Part shown: positions 37,419 through 46,190 of the stretch, in pieces
Position numbering within the stretch: the first letter of the stretch is position 1
How the letters are laid out: each line of letters opens with the position of its first letter
Origin: Acidimicrobiales bacterium
GTDB taxonomy: Bacteria; Actinomycetota; Acidimicrobiia; Acidimicrobiales; RAAP-2
DNA length: 64,000 nucleotides
Direction of reading: 5' to 3'
NCBI GenBank assembly: GCA_035947875.1
Contig: DASZJQ010000109.1
Coordinates: 17,809-81,808 of the forward strand
Notes under the pieces: model-generated
Told to the model about the DNA's origin: nothing
Database searches by the model: none
The model's input: the letters and a program-made list of their open reading frames with translations, nothing else
Translations under genes and position numbers: made by a program

Positions 37419-38000
37419 ATGCGTCACCATCTCGGAGCCATCTTTGGCGGAGCGATCGCCCTCTCGGCCCTGTCGGCCCTCGGTGCAGGTGCCGGAGCAG
37501 CCACACCGGCCACACCCGCCTCGGCCCATGGGGGATCGACAATGAATCCGTCGAGGGTCGCCGCCGTGCAAAAGCCGGTCCGTGCTCAGGGCATCGCCAA
37601 GTCGGCGACTCTGCACACTGCGACGGCAACCGTTGGCGGAAAGAGCGAATCGATCCTGGTCAATGTCAATGGTCTGCCCCTGTACTACTTCCGAGCGGAT
37701 ACGGCCAAGAAATCGTTAGTCGGCGGTGAACTGGCGCGACTCTGGCCGCCGTTGTTGTCGGCCAAGCCCACGGCCACCGGAATCCAGGGCGCGCTGACCG
37801 CTTTGAAGGAGCCCAACGGCCAGCAGGTCGCCTTTAACGGCCACTTTCTCTACACCTTCGTCGGCGACCTCCCGGGGCACGTCACTGGCCAGGGCGTGTC
37901 GAACTTCTTCGTGGCCACCCCGCGCCTCAAGACGATCAGCTCAGCCAAGACGACACCCACGCCCCCGGCGGCGACGTCGGGTGGCGGCTATGGGTATTGA
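37419..38000 (+). CDS. Secreted COG4315 / Lipoprotein_15-repeat protein
   Basis: AGGAGG SD. Signal-peptide-like start. Two repeats with the family signature (GLPLYYFRADTAKKSLVGGELARLWPP and NGHFLYTFVGDLPGHVTGQGVSNFFV). No lipobox Cys. Confidence 0.65.
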   Translation: MRHHLGAIFGGAIALSALSALGAGAGAATPATPASAHGGSTMNPSRVAAVQKPVRAQGIAKSATLHTATATVGGKSESILVNVNGLPLYYFRADTAKKSLVGGELARLWPPLLSAKPTATGIQGALTALKEPNGQQVAFNGHFLYTFVGDLPGHVTGQGVSNFFVATPRLKTISSAKTTPTPPAATSGGGYGY

Positions 38001-38200
38001 GGTGGCTGCCTCCTCTACGGGGCGTTACGTGGAACGTGTCGAGCAATGATGGGTAACCGTTGTCGTGGACCGCTCATCGTGGCCCTCCCGACAACGCAGC
38101 CTGACGCCTGTCGTCTCCTTGGGCCTGGATGGGCTGCGGGGGCCGGTGGCTGCAGCCAGCGGTCTGAGCCCGGCCGGTATCGACGGCCCAGCCGGCCGGC

Positions 38201-39505
38201 ATGGCCAGGAGACCGGACCCCCGCGTGGCGGTCATGTCGACCGTGAGCAGCGGGGTTCAATGTAGACCCCGAGAGTCGCCCATCCGGACCCGGACCGAAG
38301 CGTTCGATGAGGTCCCCAACGGAGAGTCAGACAGCGACGACCGATCGACTGTCTTGATGGCCCGGCAACTCACGGTGATCGCTGCGCCGAGGTCTGATTC
38401 GATTGCCTCGATCACCGACACAGCGCTTCCCGTCCCAGCCACACGGAGCTGTGGCGACGCCCAGGGCGCGGACCGTCGGCTGTTGCGAAGAGGCATTCGA
38501 AGCGGATTGACCGCCGTTACTGTGGCCGTGGTGGCGTTCTTCGTCGTCACCAAGCGAGCTGCTCTGACGTCATCCATCGGGCGGCTCGGCCATCCCCATT
38601 GGTCATGGATCCCGGTTGCTCTCATGCTCGAGGCAGTCTCAATGGCCACCTTTGCCTCGATGCAGAGCCTGCTCCTCAAAGCAGGCGGGACGCGCATCGG
38701 CCGTCGGCCGATGATGGCCACCATCTACGCGGCGAACGCACTCGCGGTGTCGGTGCCCGTGGCCGGACCCGAATTGGGAACGGCTTTCACCTTCCGGCGC
38801 TTCACGAAACAAGGGGCCGACACGTCCCTGGCCAGTTGGGCTCTGCTGGTGGGTGGCCTCGTCTCGTCGGTCGGGGCGATCCTGGTCCTCGCGGTGGGCG
38901 GTGCACTCTCCGGCAACGTGCTCGTGGCGGGGTTGGCCATCTGCGCCGGCCTCGTGGTTGTGGCCGTCGGAGCCTCGCTACGCACCGCCGTCGGACGACC
39001 GAACCTCCCTCTTGGCCTGGAGCGACCAACGACCTGGATGGTTCAACGCATCGCACGTCTGCTTTTGCACCCGATCGACGATCCCAGCGAAGCGATCAGG
39101 AGGTGGCTGAAGGGTCTGGAATCGCTCCGCCTGTCTCCATCGGAGTGGAGCGAGGTCGGCGGACTGGGGATGACCAACTGGTTGGCCGACGCCGGAGTAC
39201 TGGCGATCAGCCTCCTGGCCATCGGAGCGCCCGTGCCTTGGCGAACTCTGCTTCTCATCTACGGGTTGGCCACCGCGGTCGGGAGCCTGGGGATCACTCC
39301 CGGCGGGATCGGGTTGGTCGAAGGGACCCTCTGCCTCGGTCTGGTGAGTACCGGCGTACCGACGCCGCTGGCGCTGGCCGCGGTGTTGCTCTACCGACTC
39401 GTGAGTTTCTGGCTGGTCAGTGCGGTGGGCTGGCTGGTGCTCCTCTACCTTCGTCTCGCTCGAGTTGCCCGCCGCGAATCCGTCCAAGGAGGCGTCGCCC
39501 TATGA
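38201..39505 (+). CDS. Flippase-like (LPG_synthase_TM / UPF0104, YbhN-like) polytopic membrane protein; start uncertain
   Basis: From about residue 100 on, the TM-rich body (WSWIPVALMLEAVSMATFASMQSLLLKAGG... GITPGGIGLVEG) matches the family. Candidate starts at 38201, 38234 and 38357 all lack a clear SD. The stop overlaps the ftsH ATG. Confidence 0.65.
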   Translation: MARRPDPRVAVMSTVSSGVQCRPRESPIRTRTEAFDEVPNGESDSDDRSTVLMARQLTVIAAPRSDSIASITDTALPVPATRSCGDAQGADRRLLRRGIRSGLTAVTVAVVAFFVVTKRAALTSSIGRLGHPHWSWIPVALMLEAVSMATFASMQSLLLKAGGTRIGRRPMMATIYAANALAVSVPVAGPELGTAFTFRRFTKQGADTSLASWALLVGGLVSSVGAILVLAVGGALSGNVLVAGLAICAGLVVVAVGASLRTAVGRPNLPLGLERPTTWMVQRIARLLLHPIDDPSEAIRRWLKGLESLRLSPSEWSEVGGLGMTNWLADAGVLAISLLAIGAPVPWRTLLLIYGLATAVGSLGITPGGIGLVEGTLCLGLVSTGVPTPLALAAVLLYRLVSFWLVSAVGWLVLLYLRLARVARRESVQGGVAL

Positions 39506-41400
39506 GTATCTGGCCCAGCAATCGTACGAATGCACCGCCTCCGGGTACCTCGCCGGATAGCCGAGGAGGGACAGCACCCCCTCCGCCAATTGGCCGGCGG
39601 CGCTGGCTGCCGTTCGCCGGAGTGGCGGCGGGCCTCCTGCTCGTGCGCACGCTGGGCGCTCGCCGCGTCCCCACGCGGAGCTATGGGTATTCCACGTTCC
39701 TCTCCCAAGTACAGGCGAACCACGTCAAGACAGCCACCATTGACCCGGCCGGCGCGGTGGCCGGTACCCTGACCAACGGGACCGCCTACTCGAGTCAGAT
39801 TCCGACCGCCCTCCAGGACCCGAAACTCCCGACCCTCCTCAAAACGCACCACGTGGCGATCACCGGCATCGGGTCGCAGACCAGCATCGGAGGGGTCATC
39901 GCTTCGTTCCTGCCTCTGCTGCTGTTGGTGGCCGTCGTCGTGTGGATCGGCCGTAAGGGGGCGCGACAAGCGAAGGGCGGGATCCTGGGCATTGGAGCGT
40001 CGAAGGCCAAGGTCTACGACGAAGAGAGGCCTTCGACTCGATTCTCCGATGTCGCCGGCTACGAGGCGTCCAAGCGCGAGGTGACCGAAGTCGTCGACTT
40101 CTTGAAGCATCCCGACAAGTATGCCGGTGCCGGTGCGACCGGACCTCGAGGGGTGCTCATGGTTGGCCCTCCGGGGACGGGCAAGACGTTGTTGGCCCGG
40201 GCCGTGGCAGGCGAAGCCGAAGTACCATTCTTCGCGCTGACCGGTTCGAGTTTCGTAGAGCTCTTTGTCGGAGTCGGCGCCTCCCGAGTCCGCGAGGTCT
40301 TCGCCGAAGCTCGCAAGCGGGCGCCGTCGATCATCTTCATCGACGAGGTCGATGCCATCGGCCAACGACGCGGGGGCGCGGTCATCTCAAACGACGAGCG
40401 AGAACAGACACTCAATCAGCTCCTGGCCGAGATGGATGGCTTCGATCCCACGTCGGGCGTCGTAGTCATCGCGGCCACCAATCGCCCGGAGATTCTCGAC
40501 CCAGCGCTCTTGCGCCCCGGACGCTTCGACCGCCAAGTGGAGATCCCCCTTCCCAACCAGACCGAGCGGACAGCGATCTTGACCACTCACGCTCGGAGCA
40601 AGCACCTGGCCCATGACGTCGATCTCAAGGCGGTGTCCCGGGGCACCCCGGGCTTCTCGGGAGCCGACCTTGCCAACCTCATCAACGAAGCAGCCATCGT
40701 CGCCGTGCGACACGGCCGTGACGTGATCGCCGCCATCGACCTCGACGAGGCACGGGATCGGATCCTGCTCGGTCCTCGCCAAGCGTCAAATGCTCTACTT
40801 CCCGGGGAGAAGCGAGCCGTCGCCATTCACGAGTCGGGCCACGCCCTGGTCGCGTTGTGCTCCGAACACGCAGATCCCGTGACCAAGGTCACGATCTTGC
40901 CCGCCGGGCAGTCCCTCGGCGCCACCCAACAACTTCCGACGGATGAACGACACCTCTATTCCGAGAGCTACCTGAACGAGTCTCTGGCCGTGCGCCTCGG
41001 TGGCCGCGCCGCTGAGCTCCTCGTCCTCGGCGAGGCATCGACCGGGGCGGCCAACGACTTGGCCGGAGCCACTGAGCTAGCCACCAAGATGGTCCGGGAC
41101 TGGGGGTTCTCGTCGCGGCTCGGTCCGATCGGCTTCGGATCGGGTGGACCGGCATATCTCGGTCACCAACTCGAGAACCGACCCTACGCCGAGGGAACTC
41201 AGCTGGTCATCGACGAGGAGGTGAGCCGGCTCGTCTCCGAAGCGGGAGAGCGGGCCGCCGCCATGCTGGCTGAGCGTCGAGCCTCCCTCGATGCCGTCAT
41301 CGACCTTCTCCTCGAAAAGGAGACGATCAGTGGCGAAGAATTGATGGATGTCGTCCGCGGGCCCGCGGGAAACGCTCGGACAGCGGTCGCGATCGGCTGA
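39502..41400 (+). CDS. ftsH: ATP-dependent zinc metalloprotease FtsH (apparent accessory paralog, 632 aa)
   Basis: ATG 39502 with AAGGAGG 9 nt upstream. Two TMs flank a periplasmic domain of about 75 aa. Walker A GPPGTGKT, Walker B IIFIDEVD, pore loop FVGVG, SRH ATNRPEILDPALLRPGRFD, zinc site HESGHA. Confidence 0.9.
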   Translation: MSIWPSNRTNAPPPGTSPDSRGGTAPPPPIGRRRWLPFAGVAAGLLLVRTLGARRVPTRSYGYSTFLSQVQANHVKTATIDPAGAVAGTLTNGTAYSSQIPTALQDPKLPTLLKTHHVAITGIGSQTSIGGVIASFLPLLLLVAVVVWIGRKGARQAKGGILGIGASKAKVYDEERPSTRFSDVAGYEASKREVTEVVDFLKHPDKYAGAGATGPRGVLMVGPPGTGKTLLARAVAGEAEVPFFALTGSSFVELFVGVGASRVREVFAEARKRAPSIIFIDEVDAIGQRRGGAVISNDEREQTLNQLLAEMDGFDPTSGVVVIAATNRPEILDPALLRPGRFDRQVEIPLPNQTERTAILTTHARSKHLAHDVDLKAVSRGTPGFSGADLANLINEAAIVAVRHGRDVIAAIDLDEARDRILLGPRQASNALLPGEKRAVAIHESGHALVALCSEHADPVTKVTILPAGQSLGATQQLPTDERHLYSESYLNESLAVRLGGRAAELLVLGEASTGAANDLAGATELATKMVRDWGFSSRLGPIGFGSGGPAYLGHQLENRPYAEGTQLVIDEEVSRLVSEAGERAAAMLAERRASLDAVIDLLLEKETISGEELMDVVRGPAGNARTAVAIG

Positions 41401-41604
41401 ACAGATTGCGCCACCGCCGGTGTTCGCACCTGCTGGTGCGCGATCACCGACCCAGAAATTGCGTGCGACACGGAATGTCGAAGTTTGCGCGCCCTGCAGA
41501 CGCGGGGGACCGGTGTAACTCTCCTCGATATGTACAACGGGCTTCGTCGAGTTGACGAACGTCGGAGACTGGCCCACTGGACAACCACGAAAGGACACAT
41601 TCAG

Positions 41605-42186
41605 ATGTCGAGCTTCTCACTGCCCAGTCGGGGCGGAATCGGCGAGCAAACTTTTGCCCAGCCCTTGGATATAAAGGCGAACATGGCCGTGTTGCGTTCG
41701 ACGGGCATCGTGGCGCTGATGGGCATCGTCGTGATTCACCTGGTGCAGGTGGTACCGACGATGCAGGCCATGCCGCTGCTCGGCGTGGCCTACCTCTCGT
41801 TGATCGCCGGCGCGGTGGTCGTGGGCGCCCGCTTGGTCATCGGAGGCCGGTCCCAAACCCGGCTCTGGGCGCCGGTGGCCCTTCTCGGGATGGCGGCCAT
41901 CGCGGGCTATGTGTTCACCCGACTGCTGAGTACCCCTCTCGACCACCAAGACGTTGCCAACTGGTCGTGCATGTTGGGTTTGGCCGCTCTCTTCGTCGAA
42001 GCCGCGCTGGTGGCGATGAGTCTCTACGCCATCTCGATGCGCCGGCACATTCGTCCGGCGCCGCTCCCCACCCGAAATGGATCTCACTCGCTCCAGACTC
42101 GTCCGCTCCACGTCGGGGCGTCCAACGGATCGGCCTTGGCAAATCGCGAGACCGCACCGGGTACAAACCTGAAGGGTGCCAGCTGA
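41605..42186 (+). CDS. Hypothetical 4-TM membrane protein
   Basis: Internal ATG 41605 (GAAAGGA 11 nt upstream). Four hydrophobic segments, then a polar C-terminal tail. No family recognised. Confidence 0.45.
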   Translation: MSSFSLPSRGGIGEQTFAQPLDIKANMAVLRSTGIVALMGIVVIHLVQVVPTMQAMPLLGVAYLSLIAGAVVVGARLVIGGRSQTRLWAPVALLGMAAIAGYVFTRLLSTPLDHQDVANWSCMLGLAALFVEAALVAMSLYAISMRRHIRPAPLPTRNGSHSLQTRPLHVGASNGSALANRETAPGTNLKGAS

Positions 42187-42561
42187 GTGCCCGGCGGTAC
42201 GCTCACCAAAACGATCGACCATTGGTTGTCGGGCGGCGCAAGAGGTCTCATCAGCGTTGCCGGTAGCGGAACCCTCCCGAGGAGATGAGCCGTGGTGCTG
42301 CGCGAAACGTCGCGCCGAACAGAGAGGCCCCGCTGATCGTGGCCACCAAGGAGGCGCGGACCACGGACGCCACCGGGTCCAGGGCGGCGACTCTGGGGGC
42401 GGCACGTCGCGGCGGAATCGTCGGCGCGCCTCGGTCAGCCGGACCGCCGGGTCGTCACCGCGTCTCGAACGTGGACGGGAAAGGACCGCCAACCGCCCTT
42501 TCCGACGGGCTCGCGCGTCAGGGCGACCAACGCCACCGGGCGATGAACCAGACTGGGTGTG

Positions 42562-43329
42562 ATGGCTCGGGCCGTGATCTTCGACTTCTACGGCACGCTG
42601 GCGCACTGGCAGGATCACGACGCCTCCAACTACGCCGCGGTCCTCTCGGCCCATGGATACGACCTGTCCGACGAGGTGGCCGAGGCGTACTTCGCCCGCT
42701 ACGACGGGGTGGAGCACTTCGACCATTCAGTGGACGAGGCGAGATATGAGGATTGGGTGCGCCACCGACTGCGCCATCTCATCGGTGGCTGTGGGGTCCC
42801 CCCTGATGATCAGGATTCGATCATCGACGCGTTGCGTGCGTCGGACCAGGGACCGATGGTGGCCTACCCCGAAGCAGCGGCCACGTTGGCCTCCCTGCGG
42901 GAGGCAGGTTGGGCCATTGGCGTGTGCTCCAACTGGGGATGGGAACTCGATGCCTTTCTGATCCAAGTTGGCCTTTTCGACCTGGTGGATTCGGCCGTGA
43001 CCTCGGCCCGGGCAGGGGCCCGCAAGCCTCATCCCTCCATCTACGCCCATGCCGTCAGCGCACTCGATGTGACCGCACACGAGACCGTCTTCGTGGGGGA
43101 CAGCTGGGGACCCGATGTCGAGGGCCCCCACCACGCGGGTATGACCGCCGTGCATGTCTGGCGGCCCACCGAGCGATCCGGCTCGGTTCCCGATCCGTTG
43201 TTGACGGGGATGCACCGCGTCGCCGATCTCTCCGAACTGGTGCCGTTGCTCAGTGCAGCGGACCGCCGATCGGCGGCCGCCCGTGGTCGGAGAGGCCTCG
43301 AGCCAACGTGGCCCGATCATTCGCCGTGA
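42562..43329 (+). CDS. HAD-superfamily hydrolase, subfamily IA, with dehalogenase-like motif I
   Basis: Motif I is VIFDFYGTL (Tyr at the D+2 position, as in L-2-haloacid dehalogenases). Motif II CSNWG, motif III RKPHPSIY, motif IV FVGDSWGPDVEG. Confidence 0.65.
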   Translation: MARAVIFDFYGTLAHWQDHDASNYAAVLSAHGYDLSDEVAEAYFARYDGVEHFDHSVDEARYEDWVRHRLRHLIGGCGVPPDDQDSIIDALRASDQGPMVAYPEAAATLASLREAGWAIGVCSNWGWELDAFLIQVGLFDLVDSAVTSARAGARKPHPSIYAHAVSALDVTAHETVFVGDSWGPDVEGPHHAGMTAVHVWRPTERSGSVPDPLLTGMHRVADLSELVPLLSAADRRSAAARGRRGLEPTWPDHSP

Positions 43330-44953
43330 GTAGCGTAAAGCCGGGCTTCTCGCCGTCCGAGGGGCGCCACCAGACCGGCTCGTCGCAGGCCCAGGCCTCT
43401 CGTCGCAGGCCCACCTTGGTGACCTTGCCGGTTGCGGTCTGGGGCAGTGACTCTGATATGCGGACGAAGCGGGGCAGCCACTTGGTCCCCAGGTCCGGCT
43501 GTGCCTCGAGCCAGGCCAGGAACGCCTCAGGGTCAAAGGACGCTCCGGGCACGAGCTCGACGGCGACCATGACCTGATCGCCCGCACCGGAGGCCGTGTC
43601 GGGCACCGGGTAGACGGCGGCGACGGCCACGTCGGGGTTGCGGGAGAGCACCGCCTCGACCGGACCGGCGGCGAAGTTCTCCGAGTCGACCCGGAGCCAA
43701 TCGCCCGATCGACCGGCGAAGTAGAAGAAGCCGTCGGGATCGACGTAGCCGAGATCGCCGGTCCAGTACCACCCGTTGCGGAGGCGGTCCTGTTCGGCGC
43801 TCTCGTGCCGGTAGTACCCCTCGAACTTGCCCCGACCGCTTCGATTCACGATCTCGCCGGTGGCTTCCCCGGCATTGAGCAGGCGACCCCCTGGGTCGAT
43901 CAGCGCGCGCGGGCACTCGGCACCCGTCTCGGGGCTGATGACGGCCAGATCGACATCGTCGACCGGCTTCCCCAGTGCCCCTGGGGGCATGCCCGGTACC
44001 GGGTTGATGGCCGCACCGCCTTCGCTCTGGCCGTAGCCCTCGATGAGGTAGCAACCGAACCGCTTGCGAAAGCGATTGCGGTCGCGTACCGACGCCTCGG
44101 TGCCGAACGCGCTGCGCAGGGTGTTCTCGGCGTCGTCGGGCCGCTCCGGGGTAGCCAGGATGTAGGCGATCGCCTTGCCGACATAGCTGAATTTGGTGGC
44201 CCCGAATCGCCGCACATCGTCCAGGAATTCCGACGCGCTGAAGCGGGGTCGGACGGCGATGGCCGCACCGACCATCACGGCGGGTCCCCACAGCGCCATG
44301 AGGGCATTGCCGTGGAACAACGGCATCGGGCAGTAGCAGACGTCGTCGGGGCCGTACCCGTATCCCGGAGCCGCCACCTCGGCGATCCCGGCCAGCCGAC
44401 CCTGGGTGCACCGCACCGCCTTGGGTGTCCCGGTGGTCCCCGAGGTGAAGATGAGCTGGAACAGCGCGTCTTCGGCCACGTCACCGGCGTGCGCCACCAG
44501 GTCTCGGGCAGGTCCGCCTGCGGCGTCGCCGTCCGCCGAGAAATGGGCCAGGAGCTCGAGGTAGCGCTCGGATCCCGTGACCAGTACGCGATCGGGGGTC
44601 ACGCCCAGTGAGAGGCCCTCGAGCAGGGCCGCGCCTTCGGCATCGGTGACGATGAGGGCGCAGTCGGTGGACCTGATGTCGGCGGCGAGGGCTTCGCCCC
44701 GACGGGTCGGGTTCACCCCGACTATGGCTGCCCCCGCCAGCGCGGCCGCGTTGAGCCAGAAGAGGTACTCGGGCCCGTTGGGGAGCAACACCCCGACGTG
44801 AAACGGTCCGTCGCTGCGCAGCGACCGGGCCAGCGCGGCGCGCGCGGCCCCTTCGGCCACCGACTGGCGCCAGGTCCATCGACCGGCCGCGTCGAGCACG
44901 CCGAGGCGGTCATCATCGGCGCGCGCCGCCACCATGGCCGCCACGGTCGTCAT
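43250..44953 (-). CDS. AMP-dependent acyl-CoA synthetase/ligase (FadD-like)
   Basis: Internal ATG 44953 (MTTVAAMVAAR) of the merged ORF 43250..45925. AMP-binding motif IFTSGTTGTPK, YGQSEGG, WYWTGDLGY, and terminal TATGKVTK Lys. Confidence 0.85.
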   Translation of the reverse strand: MTTVAAMVAARADDDRLGVLDAAGRWTWRQSVAEGAARAALARSLRSDGPFHVGVLLPNGPEYLFWLNAAALAGAAIVGVNPTRRGEALAADIRSTDCALIVTDAEGAALLEGLSLGVTPDRVLVTGSERYLELLAHFSADGDAAGGPARDLVAHAGDVAEDALFQLIFTSGTTGTPKAVRCTQGRLAGIAEVAAPGYGYGPDDVCYCPMPLFHGNALMALWGPAVMVGAAIAVRPRFSASEFLDDVRRFGATKFSYVGKAIAYILATPERPDDAENTLRSAFGTEASVRDRNRFRKRFGCYLIEGYGQSEGGAAINPVPGMPPGALGKPVDDVDLAVISPETGAECPRALIDPGGRLLNAGEATGEIVNRSGRGKFEGYYRHESAEQDRLRNGWYWTGDLGYVDPDGFFYFAGRSGDWLRVDSENFAAGPVEAVLSRNPDVAVAAVYPVPDTASGAGDQVMVAVELVPGASFDPEAFLAWLEAQPDLGTKWLPRFVRISESLPQTATGKVTKVGLRREAWACDEPVWWRPSDGEKPGFTLLTANDRATLARGLSDHGRPPIGGPLH

Positions 44954-46140
44954 GGCAGTCCATCCATCGTCGTTGATCCGGTGGCCCGCCGGACCAAGGA
45001 CCGGTCGATCGCTTCCACCGTGGCCGTCCCGCATAGGGCCATCGTGCGCCGGAGCTCGCTCTCGTACCAGCGCAGGAGCGACGCCACGCCGTCGGCGCCG
45101 CCGGCCGCCAACGCCCACAGTGAGGGTCGACCCACCATGACGGCTCGCGCCCCGAGCGCGAGCGCCTTGGCCACGTCGGGGGCCCGGCGAACGCCTCCGT
45201 CCACATAGACCTCGACCCGTCCGGCGACGGCATCGACGATCTCGGGCAAGATGTCCGCCGTCGCCGGAGCATCGTCGAGCTGGCGTCCGCCGTGATTCGA
45301 CACCACGATCGCCGCCGCACCCGCCTCGATGCAGCGCAGCGCGTCGTCGGCCCGCTGCACCCCCTTCGCCACCACCGGGAGGCCGCTGAGGCCGGCCAGC
45401 CACCCGACGTCGTCCGGGGTCAAGGCCGGCTCGAATTCCCGGGTCACCACGGCCATGAAGCCGCCTTCGCGGGCTCGGGCCGTGCTGTCCCCGGTCAGGT
45501 TGGGCAGGGACAGGTCGGGGGGCAGATGCACACCGCTGCGAAGCTCGCGGAGGCGGAGTCCGGAGACCGGGGCGTCGACGGTGAGGACGAGGGCGCCGTA
45601 TCCGTGCGCCGCCGTCCGCTGGACCAGGTCTCGGGTGCGGGCCCGATCGCGCAAGATGTAGATCTGCATCCATCGGGGGGCGCCGGGTGCCGCCGCGGCC
45701 ACGTCCTCCAACGAACAGGTGGCGAGCGAGGACAGGACCATGAGCGCGCCCACCTCGGCCGCACCGCGGGCCGTGTCCTTCTCGCCCTCGGGATGGGCCA
45801 AACCCTGGATGGCCGTGGGGGCGATCACCACCGGCGAGCGGACGGGTTGGCCCAGGAGCGTGGTCGAGGTGGTGACCTGGTCGATCCCGGCCAGCACCCG
45901 AGGGTGGAGCTGCCAACGGCTCCACGCCGCCACGTTCTCGGCCAGGAGTCGCTCGTCCTCTGCCCCACCCGAGAAGTAGGCGTAGGCCATTTCCCCGATG
46001 ATCCGGCGGGCGTCCCTCTCCAGATCGACCAAAGAGAGGTCAATGGCCAGGGGGGTCGAACCGGCCGAACGGACGGTCCCGGTCGACGGGTTGTGAGCCG
46101 ACCCGTCGCTGCTGGCAGGATGATCGGGCACAGGCCGCAT
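44950..46140 (-). CDS. FMN-dependent alpha-hydroxy-acid dehydrogenase/oxidase (LldD/glycolate oxidase family)
   Basis: AYAYFSGGAEDE, RWMQIYILRDR, LTVDAPVSG and VVSNHGGRQLD signature blocks. ATG 46140 chosen (alternatives 46164, 46215). The stop overlaps the fadD-like ATG (ATGA). Confidence 0.8.
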   Translation of the reverse strand: MRPVPDHPASSDGSAHNPSTGTVRSAGSTPLAIDLSLVDLERDARRIIGEMAYAYFSGGAEDERLLAENVAAWSRWQLHPRVLAGIDQVTTSTTLLGQPVRSPVVIAPTAIQGLAHPEGEKDTARGAAEVGALMVLSSLATCSLEDVAAAAPGAPRWMQIYILRDRARTRDLVQRTAAHGYGALVLTVDAPVSGLRLRELRSGVHLPPDLSLPNLTGDSTARAREGGFMAVVTREFEPALTPDDVGWLAGLSGLPVVAKGVQRADDALRCIEAGAAAIVVSNHGGRQLDDAPATADILPEIVDAVAGRVEVYVDGGVRRAPDVAKALALGARAVMVGRPSLWALAAGGADGVASLLRWYESELRRTMALCGTATVEAIDRSLVRRATGSTTMDGLP

Positions 46141-46190
46141 GGTAGGCGGCGGCCACGCTCCCATCCCACACCGATCCCGCCGGAGGCGCC

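Noticed and set aside
42187-42558. 370-bp gap upstream of the HAD gene with a GGAAAGG...CCTTTCC hairpin and a 154-aa ORF (42285..42749)
   Set aside because: The ORF is Arg/Gly-rich and runs into the HAD gene out of frame. The hairpin is only 7 bp with a 12-nt loop. Nothing distinguishes it from ordinary GC-rich intergenic DNA.
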